Positions 49,098 through 61,500 of a stretch of 64,000 bases of DNA are shown piece by piece; positions within the stretch are counted from its first letter, which is position 1; the number at the start of each line of letters is the position of its first letter. Position numbers and translations under genes: made by a program. The stretch spans positions 20,646,001 to 20,710,000 of the forward strand of contig JBHGNT010000005.1 of the NCBI GenBank assembly GCA_043228905.1, read 5' to 3'. Source of the DNA: Azolla caroliniana (lineage: Eukaryota > Plantae > Polypodiophyta). The notes beneath the pieces are model-generated. The model saw nothing but the letters and a program-made list of their open reading frames with translations. It did not search any database and was not told the origin of the DNA.

Positions 49098-50592
49098 ACT
49101 TGCACCTATTTCCATATCACTTACACTCTAAATTTAAACATTCTAGCATATATAGTCATCAAATACCGAGATCTGAACTTGCCTGGTTCAGTCAACGTAT
49201 CCTATGGAACCCATGTCTCAAGGATGAATCTAATCAACTACTGGGATCACATAAGGGGTTGCCATGGGGATACATTGCAGAAGGTCCAGGAAAAAGTATA
49301 GAATGTTGGCGACGGTTTATGTCAATGCCACTACAAGATCAGGCGAACATACTCCATGGAATCAGGGGCGGATGGACTATGAGATTAGAAATCATTAACG
49401 TTCTACTAATTAGGAAATCTACTACTCAAAGGACAAGAATGGAGAAATGGATAGGCCACGAGGAGGAGGGTTCTCTGATCTCGAGAGGTAGGGGACCACC
49501 AGATAGACTCGAAGGCCCTGAATTGCGAGACACTGAGACACCAACACAGAATAACATCATTTGCGTACTCGCGTACACTGGTCATAAATGGATTGTAAAT
49601 CCTGATCCGATCAAAGTACAACCCGATTGGCATATATGTACTCATGAAAACACATGGCTACGTAAGGTTAGTTGGGACCCTTTGCAATGGACATGGCGTG
49701 ATCCCTATGCGGGGCAAGGAAGCAAACCCATCCCTTTCTTCCAATTCACAACTAGATTGGGTCGCCACATTCTAGCTGCTCAAGCCGCCCGAGAACTGGC
49801 TGTTGCGAAGGTCTGGCACACATTTCAAGTTCCCTCTGCAATAATCACCAAGTTTTGGCAGAAAATCTAGAAGCAACACGCGAGGCGAATTACCACTTTC
49901 CAATGGTTGTTAATACATAAGTCCCTACCGGTGGGAGCATAGCAACGTGGGAACCTTAGCTCTCCTAATTGTGTAGAGTGCCCACATGCAGTAGAATCCA
50001 TACGACACGCTCTGTGGGACTGCCCAACGTCCCATCGAATATAGCGGGGGGTTGGCCGCTTGTTGCAATTATGCCAGGTGCAAGGTTCAATCAAGTGGGG
50101 AAATATATGTTGGCTATCATGGCAGGATGCAATTGGCCGATACAAGCATCAGGAGGAGGGGATGACTTTGGTGATAAAAGCACAAGAGGTCCTTGTCTCC
50201 TCCAGCGGCAATGTCCACTCTATTCCTCTTAATGACAAATCTCAAGAGGTGTTGGAATTGGTCAGCCCAATAACCCTTTGGATTCTATGGAAACAACGAT
50301 GTAGGCGAGTCTTCTCCAACCAAACCGCCCATCCAACAAGGTTACTGCAAGAGATATGGAGTGAAATTGTAGCCACTCTGAAGAGCCAATATGATGGCCT
50401 TAAGGGCGGCTCCGAGGGAGTTGAAAGACAATGCATAGCCTTCATCCAACAATGGTCGTCCTCTCCCTTTCTTGAGTCAGTGGGCATCCACATAAGATGG
50501 AACTATCGCGTCCCTTTAGGGATTTGTACATAATCGTCTCATTTGTAAAATTTTATAATTAATGGAAGGAGTTTTTCTTTTTGGAAAAAAAA
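49098..50592 (+). mobile_element. 5'-truncated L1-type LINE (ORF2 C-terminus with zinc-finger region and poly(A) tail)
   Basis: Reads FQWLLIHKSLPVG...CVEC...ESIRHALWDCP and TLWILWKQRCRRVF. A-tail at about 50585-50594. Candidate TSD AATACAA at 49091-49097 / 50593-50599. Confidence 0.8.
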
Positions 50593-53500
50593 AATACAAG
50601 AGTGCAAGACACACACACATTGTTAATTAAACCCATGCATATACGCAGATAAACACCGGTTATATACATGCAAAATTGCAGGCACCTACAAACTCATGTG
50701 GACTACACATGCATATTTTACACATCCTGATACACATATTCACGAAATCAAATCTCATTGCACATATAAGGGCACACACATTACACCACTCCACATTTTC
50801 TTGTACATGGAGTGCATATTTATAAGTGCACCTACGTAACTCAAGACATGAAAATCATCAAAGGCTTGGCGATGCCATCTTAACCATACGATAATTGATA
50901 TCCTTTATCAACAATGCCATCAACGCCATCTTCCCTATTTCAATTGCCCAGTGTTTTTCCTCGCATCTTCCACTCCCTTCTCACAGATTTTCACGAGAAT
51001 GGACTCATCCTAACTACATATCTTTCTTGCCTTTTTCAATGCAATTGCTTTATAGGGTTCTATATTTATGTGATGAACAAACTAGATTTGTAGTTTTGTG
51101 AAGCGTTCTCTCCCTTTCTCCACAACTAGTGTATAGAGTTCTATGTTTGTGTGAATAGCATACTACAATATAGTGGTTTCCATGAAGTGTTTCATTAATG
51201 CATTATAGTTTGTGATATCGAGCAATCATATATGAACCCTGTAAAATGCATAAAAGAGATAGATAAATTGACTTTTGTCTCAAACTATTGGCGAGACAAC
51301 AATAATTCATGGGAACTTCATAAACAAATAAAATAGATACATTTTTACATCCTTGAGCTAAAGTCTTTACAAGATTTAGAGTTTTGCATCACCGAGGATA
51401 ATAAATATGGAGACATCCACATTTACATGAGCAATCTTTGTTTTTATACAATATAAATAAATCATAGACATTATGATAAAGCATGATGGGACATTCATTT
51501 ATATGCATTTCGTCTTTTCGAAAATATGTAGCCTACAGAAACCAATAAAATTGATGAAGGCATTAATGCTGATCTTTGAGTGTTGCCGAGAGATTAAATA
51601 ATTATCACCAGATCCTCAAAAACAAATAAACGATGACTATTGCGAAAAGTTGTTAAACTAGGCTTCATAATGCAATAGGCTTTACAATCACTTTAAAAGT
51701 AGACTTTGGAATCACAAAAAGCAAACCAACAACTCCTCATAACACACATTTGTTAGACAATATACAATGACCTGTTATAATTCTCAATGTCAAGTACTTC
51801 TCAATATGCCTTAATATGAAAAAGATTTTGCAACAACAATGCATTAATACAAATATGAGATATGATTTCCCTACACAAAGCATGTTTAGATCGTACACCC
51901 TAGTTGTATCCACCCATCTTTCATGCTCCTCAATCATCAAGTCATGCTCAACATCACAATATCGATTAATAATGCAAAACGTAAACATAAAATATACTTT
52001 GCACCAACTTGATCATCTTATTGTTATAGTATAGATGTTGACATGATCAATGAATATTCGCTATAATGTCAATGTTGAAAGGGGGACTCTATGCATGTTA
52101 CCATCAACATGTTACATATTTTTATCCCCTTCATGTATGAGACCCCCATTGTTGACATTTTTGAATTCAGATGTTCTACTTCATTCTCCAAAGTTCACCT
52201 CTAACCTTCATGACCTTTTTTGTTTATGTTTTTTTAACATGTCTTTGTCACACAAGTAATATCACTTGTACATTTTCTTTGTTCAATATAGTTGTATTTA
52301 ATTAGCAACCGTAGAACATGGCCCATTTGATTCTCTCACTCTTCCGATAGACATATCCTTAGTAAGTCCCCAACAATCCATCATGTCAATGTTATTGCCA
52401 TTTTTAAATTTAAGCATGTTTGAAAATCACTAAACTTGGGGCATAAATCCACACTTCCACACCATGGACACCATTTATTTGAAAAACCATCCTATAGTTA
52501 ATACTAAACCAATTTTTAAAAAAAGGTAATCTTCAATGTAGGAAAAGTTAAGTTGGTCTTATATAATTGTAGGAAATCTTCAACATCTCTCTGAAGTAGC
52601 CAGATTACAAAGGGTGTTATCTATTTCCTAATGATTAATTGGTACATCTTTAAATCAAGGTCATTTGATTTCAACTGGTATTCAGTTATCTCGGATCAAA
52701 AGTAATCTTGGTTAATGAATTTGGTCATCTATTGAATACCATATCCTAGTTTTAAGAATTTCACATTATGATACATAATCATATATATCAAACAAATAAA
52801 AAGTTTCAAACATAAAGTAATTATAGACACACTCATTCACTATGCAACGATAGTGTCGATTATAGATTATATATAATGTCCTATTTGCATTTGTTAACAT
52901 TGAAAAGCCCACAATTTTGAGAATCGTGGAGCATCTGGTTGCACGTTATTTCTTCTTGTTGTTGAAATCTATGTGTGAGGGAGTTTTGCCCATGCACAAA
53001 TTTTAATCAAACTTCACTTTGTGTTGTTTTTTACTGTTATAGATTCATCAATATGGAACATAAACCAAGGTTTCCTCTCTATAGCTCTTTGGATAATCAC
53101 TTTGCATCAACCAATTCAGTTACATATACCTAGATGCATATATAAGCATAAATTGTTGATAATGCTTGTTGCCTATTTCCATGAAGAAACTACAAAGGTT
53201 AAAAAATGTCATGCTTCTTGATATCTCTGTTCCAATTAATAAATATAACCAAATCCCAACATATAGATGCATGATATAAATTAACATTGGGACTATATAT
53301 AGAAACGGCATTCTTTGTCAGTTTGTATCATGTGAAAAGTCATACTATGGGTCCATTGATATATATATATATATAATATATATATATATATGATAACATG
53401 GAAGCTTCAAGCAACTTAGTTCAAAGAAATTAATAGATGCATTTTTTTCTAATGGATAACGAAGCTTATGAAGATCATGTTGTTGTATGAAGTGCTCCTA

Positions 53501-55553
53501 AATGCATTGGTAAATTACATGTGCATATTGGAACGCGGAGCTCTGACATAAATGAGACTATTCTAGAAAGGTAACAAATTACAATATTTCTTTCTTGTAC
53601 ACGTGTTTATAGGTTTGAGATATTGTTTCCTTTTGTTCTTTACAATGTACACTACTCTATATAGATGTCACTAGTAGGAAATGGCATTCTTCAAGAGGTG
53701 GTTGGATATCCCCCTTCACAGTTTTATGGTACTATGACATGTGCCATGTGGAATACTCAAAAGAGATCATAAAAATTTAAGGATCATTCATCAAAATCAA
53801 ATAGAGCATTTGATGTCCTCCATTTATATCAATTGAATATGTAAATTGTTCACATTGCATTTTAAAGGTCAAAGTTATGGCTTTAATGAGCAATTTGTTA
53901 GCATGTATGATCTCCAACTAAATTTAGGAGTGTTTATGAAATGAAGCCCATTGTTTAAGGTTTGGACCAACAAGCTTAATTTGCAACATAGAACCATTAA
54001 TTTTGTACGCAGAGATTATGATTTTTATTGTTTTCTTAAGGCACAAGCCTATCTATAAATCACCTGTGCAGAAGTCCAAAATCTCATATATATTGTAGAA
54101 AGGCAATGCTTTCACATTCTTCTTTGCCATGTTATGTTCCATCAGTACTAGTACCAAGGTTAGCAGTTTATGAGTGATATCTGCATCTAAGGTTTCCAAA
54201 ACATCCAATCGATTAGGAATAGCATTTTGTTTTATTGGCACACAAGGAATAAAAATGGATGCAGAAAACTATATTATTAATATGGTATGGATGAGGTTTT
54301 GAATTCTCTAAATGGATGGTAGTGCATATTCATTTCTCATTGTTGCAAATATGTTGACCTCTTGTTTTACTGATTTATGAAAACACATTAGTGTAAATAG
54401 AATGGCTACAATTGTATGGACTTGAAGATCATTGTGTGACCAATAATATCAAAGGCAACGGATTTCAGTTCAAATATAATGCACCATGACGAGGATTTCA
54501 CACACTGTACAATGAAATAGATGTTGATGATTGTTTGTCTAGTTGTAGATGATCCACAAGGTGAGGGTGCCATTAATGTGAGCTCAACTTGCTTCACGTA
54601 CTTTTGCAAAAAAATCCATTAACACCAATCCAAACATTCAAAACATTAAATTTAATTAGAAATATGCAATGAGTTCCTATGTATAACAAGTACCCAGTTT
54701 AAGGGAAATGTATTTGCTTACAATATAAGCGCAGTGCAATACAATGACATGACAAGGCTATGGTTAAGTTCACAAATTTACATGAAAATGGATAGTGCAA
54801 CAATAGGGATCGGCCCTCTATCAGAATATTTCTATGAAGTTTTATGAAGGAGGTGTTCCCTAAACATGTACCTTTTGAAAGAGTGTTCAGATTATAAGGA
54901 AGATGTTCATGTTTAGCCTTTAAAACTCCAAGATTCCTGAAAACAACTTATTATGCAACCCCACTATGCCTTTGGAGGCTGCAAAATAAACATAGTAGTC
55001 CTCATATAAATACACACTATGACATTTCATCAACTTGTCATGCTTTCTTTATTTGAATGTTTTGGGCTTGTCATTTTCTTTAACACTCATCCACATACAC
55101 TGTGCATGTTGAGAACAATAAATATCATGCAAGAGTCACATGTAGCATTATGTACGAGTGACAATGTGAGGTTATGAGCTTCCAATACGAAGTTGTACCT
55201 CTACTACCAATGCTAGCAATGAACAAAGAGACATATACTTTAGAAAGCTATATGAACTTCGAGGGCAATCCTTGCCTCCCTTCGCATTGTGGATTTTTTT
55301 GTGAAAAATCCATACCGTGTTCAAGACAAGAATAGTGGAAGAAGTTAAACACCCACAGTATGGAGAGCCTTGCTCCAACTATTTGCCATTAAGGTACACC
55401 AACATTGGTCACAATAGGATAGTTATCATAATCATGAGAAATTCACTGATGGGTTCGGATTGAATAAAGTGGTAGAAAACATTTATTATTGTTGTGAGGC
55501 AAGCAAACCACGAGCTCAATCAAAAGACAGACATCCATGTTCAAAGTTTATGG

Positions 55554-55632
55554 TATTCTTTATGTGACAAGTTGAGTATTTGTGGCATTCTTTATGTGCC
55601 GATTTGAGTATTTACGACATTCTTTATGTGCC
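55554..55632. repeat. 32-bp tandem repeat, about 2.5 copies
   Basis: Unit approximately CATTCTTTATGTGCCGATTTGAGTATTTACGA. Confidence 0.7.
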
Positions 55633-57721
55633 ACTTTGAATGGTGGAAGTAAAATTATCGATCGAATCTTGTTAATTTGACATGCACAATTTGTTGATAC
55701 AGTACTAACGAATTTTAAATAACAAGACAATAGTGACGCCTCAAAGGTTGTACACCCTTTAAAGGGCAGTTTCCACCCTTGTCTAGGAGACTAATTTGTT
55801 ATGAATAAAATATAAACATTTTATCTTTATTCCCCTTCAATATAAGGAGGGATCATCTCAATTTTTAGCTCCAAAACCCAAATATATATGTATGTGATAG
55901 AGATTTTCACATCCATCTTGAGAAATAGAGCACATATGATGGCATCATTTTACATTTTCCACTAACATGCAACATAGAATAGATTCAAAATAATTTCTAC
56001 ACTTTGTCTTGTGTGTTTCAACCATAAAAGAAAAAGTTGGAACAAAAATAGAAGCATCTTTTGTTCCTTGGGTGAATTTTGAGAGCTCGAATGTCGTATA
56101 AAACTAAAAGGGAGGTTAGATTGGCCGCCTTCTTTCTCGAAGGGTCAACATTTCTCTTCCTTTCAGAAAGAAAAGCAAACCTATGCTTCTATGATAAGCA
56201 TTGCATTGTCAGCCTCTTGTACATCATTTAAGCTTTTTCGAGCCTATCATTTTCATTTATTACCAACCAAAGCACACATGCATGCGAGCACCCACAGGCG
56301 AGTGCATGCACATGACTATTGACAAGAGGAGTCATCATGCAAGAGTCATGTGTAGCATTTTGTACGAATGCCAATGATTATTTATGAGCTAACCTTGAAA
56401 TTGAAACTGAGTCGACATATACATTGGGAAACCCCTATGAACATTGAGAATACTGGACTATAAAACCAATAACATGCATATTATCCCTCTACTTGACTCT
56501 CTTCTTTAAGGACAAATAAGACTCACCGACAATTGTATTTTTCACCTAGACAAAACTAGATGTATGTTTGGCATATTTGGCCTCGAACCTCCTCCCACTC
56601 GTGTCTACCACGTGAACTAGGTATGTTTGCCTCTGACATTTTTCGAACACGTTATAATTTGTTAATTAACATCAAAAGACTCTATGACTAAAGAAGTTTG
56701 TCAAGTGTGTCTATCTAATACAAATACAATATTCAAATTATATCTTAGTTAGCTATTATTATACTTACTTTTATTTCGGTTACATGCCAAATATCATTGA
56801 TAACATGCATTTTAGTATCGTGATGCATGTACTTAAAGCTAGACAACATAACTATGATACATTCTGGTTTATATATATCGACTTGAAGTTGATCACCCAA
56901 ACATGATCATGCTATGGTGTTGAAGGGAATGGGCATGGGAAGAGCCGTTTCACAAAGTCATGTGACCACTGAGAGCATGTGGCTACCCGGAGATGGATTG
57001 TACTCTTTATGTCAAAGGTAGCATGGAAAAAGAAGGTTAGGGCATGAAACCCCCTAAAGCTTCTACAAGTGTCTCTCCCCGTAGGCTATAAATCCAGGAT
57101 TCACTAATTCCTTAGGTGGGAAGAATGACAAACCCTAATCCCAGTCACCCGAAAGGTTTAGAAAAGATCGCAAGCACAAAAACCCTATACCCAAAATACT
57201 TTAGGATAGGTAGTTGCAACCTAAATACAAGACCTTGCCCACACACACACACACACATACATATAATATGTATAGCTAGCCTAGCACTTTATCTAAGAAC
57301 TTACTTTTAGCTACCACTTTAGCTTTTAGCTTGTGAGTGTATAGTACTCGAGGTCGACAAGATCCTCTGCTTTTACGATGCGAGGCTTTTGTTTATTATA
57401 TAGACGTGCACCCTACTGTATATAGTAGGCGTGATTGAGAGGATGTGTCCGTTCTCCTTTCGTTTCCTTCGCATCCACGTGCTTCAAATCGTGCGACCAA
57501 TTTCTCTATACTAAACTCAACCGCAGGATCAATGGGGGGACCCCCCCTTCTCTCTCTCTCTCTATCAAGTGCCTTCTCTTGAAGCGAGTGTTCGGAAGAA
57601 AAAAAACGGACATGTTTTCATGTCGGGGAGTTAGGATTTAATTGCGTCGTGTGTAAAAATCGGGAAAATCAAAAGAAGGAAGAAGAAATCATGGGAGAGG
57701 GTTAGGAAGGGTTTTATGTCT

Positions 57722-57829
57722 TGTCTTTCTTCTTCTTCTTCTTCTTTGGTTCAGTATATGTATACATATATGTGCATATGTATGTGCATACATCTTCTAC
57801 ATGCAACACACACACACACACACACACAC
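57722..57829. repeat. (CTT)n and (CA)n microsatellites upstream of the FPP gene
   Basis: Direct inspection. Confidence 0.85.
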
Positions 57830-57879
57830 CATTAGAGAACATTAGAGCTTCAGTCTAATCTCTCCTCCCATTCTTACTC

Positions 57880-58320
57880 TTGTGTTTTTTTTTTGGATTC
57901 CTCTGTTCCTGCCTCCTCTGTTTTCTTCTTTTGTATCCTCTGTTTTTTGAATTCCTCTTGTTTTTTTATTGGATTCCTCTGTTTCTGTATGATCTGTCTT
58001 TTGCTTCCTCTGTTTTTTTTTTTTGAGGTTTTTTTGGATTCCTCTGTTTCTGTATGATCTGTTTTTTGGTTCCCCTGTTTCTGTATACTCTGTTTTTTTT
58101 GGATTCCTCTGTTTCTGTATGATCTGTTTTTTGCTTCCCCTGTTTCTGTATACTCTGTTTTTTTTGGATTCCTCTGTTTCTGTATGCTCTGTTTTTTTGT
58201 ATCCTCTGTTTCTGCCTCCTCTGTTTTTTGCTTCCTCTGTTTCTGTATACTCTCTCTTTTCTTTTGTTGCTTCCTCAGTTTCTGCCTCCTCTGTTTTTTT
58301 TGTATGCTCTGTTTTTGTGT
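57880..58320 (+). repeat. Pyrimidine-rich degenerate minisatellite (~30-bp units) upstream of the FPP start codon
   Basis: Recurring TTTTTGGATTCCTCTGTTTCTGTAT(G/A)..CTG units. Confidence 0.85.
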
Positions 58321-58509
58321 CAAGAATCTGCCTCTATCTCTGCTTGTATCTACTCCTTCTCCATTAAAATCTACTTATGCTGCCTCTCTCTCTCTCTCTC
58401 TCTATTTCTGTCCAATCTAATCTAATCTAATCTAATCTAGTCTTAAGTCTAGTCTGGTCTAGCTGTCTCTGTTCCCCTCAGTTTCATTCCCATTGTCTCC
58501 ATCTTTCCC

Positions 58510-61500
58510 ATGGATCCTAGAATCAGCTGGCCATGGAGAAAGAAGGCTCCTGGCAAATCAGACTCCTCTGTTTCCTCTATTTCATCTCCAGCTCTATCTT
58601 CATGCTCAGCAACCCTTCCTTCTCATGCTTATGAAGACCATCAGGCATCTAAGTGTTGGGCTCACCCCGGATCAATCCCAGATACTCACAAATATCAGGT
58701 AATTTTTGATGCTGCACCCTGCTTTTCCTTCTCTATACTGAATGGAAAAATCTGCAGGATTTTTTCCTATTGCTTTTCAGAGAATTTCCAATAATTGTTT
58801 TTTCTGGATTTTCTTTCCATATGAAATTCCCTATCATTTTCTAGAATTTCAAATGGAATTGCAGGAGTATTTCCATCACTTACGGGGGATTTTCCCATTG
58901 TTTTTGGGAAAATCTCCATCACTTTTGGATGATTTCTCATCATCCAATGTTTTATGGGAAAAAAAGTTACTCAAAATTCAGCTGCGCCTAGGACAATTAG
59001 TACCTTTATTAGCGTAATTAAGCTGTTCCTAAAGTGCCGTTGCCTGTAGCAAAGATTAATTTAATGACCAGATATTAGCAGTAATGTAACTGCCCAATAG
59101 TTCACGCACTTCTTCAAAGCATAACTGGCAAGTGAAATTTAAAGATAATAAAATCATATCAGTAAGTGAATTAATTATTTCTTCTTAATTGTTCTGTAAT
59201 TGAATTAATTGTGCTTGATTTTATTTTCTTCATAATCGTGCTTTGAATGAAGTGATTTGTGCTGCAACGGGTCATTTTCGGTGATTAATTCTCTTAATAT
59301 GCTCATTTTTTGTATTGATTAATTCTCACTTGAAAGGACTCAGAATTCAATTAAGTATTTAGCTTTAATGCTTTCTAGTTTCTTCTATTTCACATTACAT
59401 CCATGGAAGCTTCCATTCTTGCTATGATTCTAGGGTTTTCTAGTACTTTTTTTAAAAAACTTTTGAGAAGCTGTCCATCTTCATTGTGATTTAGTATGAT
59501 ATTAATCTATGATAATAAGTTTGGTTTGAGCATTTGTAAAATTAATTGTACGTGATGACTGAGTAGGAAAAGATGGAGGTTTCCATGGATCAAAAACCTA
59601 CTATAGATTTCAAATGCCAACAAGCTTTGGAAGCAGAGGAGAAGAAAGTGCAGATCCTCACTCAGAAGCTAAATGCTTCCTTGGAAGCCTTGCTCAGTAA
59701 AGAGGCCATGGTGAGACAGCATGCCAAGGTAGCAGAGGAAGCCGTAGCAGGTCTTCTTTTCTTCATTTCTTTTTACTTCTTAATACTCAAATCGTGCAGC
59801 TTTAAACCCTAAACCCTAAGCATAAACTGTAAAATTAGACCTAGAAAGTAAACAGTAAGTAGTCATAAACAATAAAAACTAATAATTAAGCCGCAAACAC
59901 TAAGTTTAAAACGCTAAAATCTAAATCTAGAAATTAAACCCTAAACACTAAAACTTAACCCTAACTGAAAGACCAAAACACTAATACCAAAATCTAAAAT
60001 CTACACTCTAAGTCTAAAGCACTATACTTTAAACCCTAAACCCTAAAATTTAATCTAAAATGTAAATGATAAATTATAAATCTAAGCCCTAATTCATAAA
60101 CACTTAAACGTATATTCTACAGCCTATACACTGGATTCTAAACTCTAAAACCAAAAAACTCAAATCTAGACCCTAGCCTCTAACGTCTCAACACTAATCA
60201 CTAAACACTAAACACTAACACTAATATTAGTGCTAAACACTAAAACCTAAAAACTCAAATCTAGACCCTAGGTTCTAACATCTCAACACTAAAACCTAAA
60301 CCTATTTTCTGCAACTTTTTGTTGACCTTCCTATCCACTTCCGTCTGCAGGATGGGAAGCAGTGCAAGTTGAGGTTTCAGGCTTGAGAAAAGAGCTAGAA
60401 GTATCTCTTCAGCAGAGAGCTTTAGCAGAGAGAAGAGTGTCTCATCTAGAAGAAGCTTTGAAAGAGTGTGTGAAACAGATGAGGTGTGCCCAAGAGCAAC
60501 AACAACAGAGAATGGAGCAAGCCATGGATTCTAAATCCCAAGAATGGAACAAAGTAAAAGTAGAGCTTGAAGAGGCAGTCGCAGAGATGAACCAAAGACT
60601 AATGGAAGCTCAAGCACAGAACACTGCTATGGCTAAATCTCTACAAGAGAGAGCTAGGGCTATACATGAATGCCAAGAGGCTAAAGCAAGGGTAGAAACA
60701 GAGTCCAGTTTGCAACAAGTAAAAATGGAAGCTCTTGAGAAGGAAATTGGAGGTTTGAAGTATGAGCTATATATGCAAAGCAAGGAACTCGAGATCTTAA
60801 ACAAGGAGAAAGAAGAGAGTAGCAAGGCTGCAGAAGGAGTTTATAAACAAAATTTGGAGAATGTGAAGAAGATTGGAAAGCTTGAAGCGGATTGTGATCG
60901 TCTTCGAACTCTTGTAAGAAAGAGGCTTCCTGGGCCGGCAGATTTTGCACAAATGAAAATGGAACTAGATGCTTCGTTGAGAAGAGATTCACACAGTAAG
61001 AGGAGAAGATCAGCTGGTCTTCTTCATAGCAATGCGGCCTCTTCTCCCACGTCACCTCTAGAATCACATCGATATGTTATCCGTGCTGACGTGACCAATC
61101 ATTCGAAAGACATGGAACTCATGGAGAGCAAGTTGCTGTTTCTTGAAGAAGAGTCAAGAATGCTGAAGGAAATTCTAGCTAGAAGAGATACTGAGCTCCA
61201 ATCACCTAAACAAAAGACTGAGAACAATAGTTCTGCTGCTGATCCATCACAAACTAGCATAACTGAGGATGTAGCTATGGATAGGTTCCTTTTGCAATCA
61301 AAATGTGTAGTAACAGGTTCATCTTCAGAAAGATTGGATGATGACGATGATGAATTAAGTTGCTCTGGATCTTGGGCATCTGCCCTCATATCGGAGCTAG
61401 ATCATTTCAAGAATAATATGTCTTTTGAGAAGCCTAGTGGCCAAGATCGATGTAAAGCTCAGTCTCGATTACAGTTAAAGTTTTCTGAAAAGGACCAGAC

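Noticed and set aside
53669-53681. CACTAGTAGGAAA resembling a CACTA terminal inverted repeat
   Set aside because: No matching downstream terminus or transposase remnant was found.
50600-57400. Short ORFs in the AT-rich intergenic region as degenerate transposase or host exons
   Set aside because: No motif I can recognise. It may hold old TE relics but nothing supportable by eye.
57874-58323. Lys/Gln-rich 149-aa minus-strand ORF and Phe/Cys-rich plus-strand ORFs
   Set aside because: These are translations of the pyrimidine-rich minisatellite, with no domain or gene structure.
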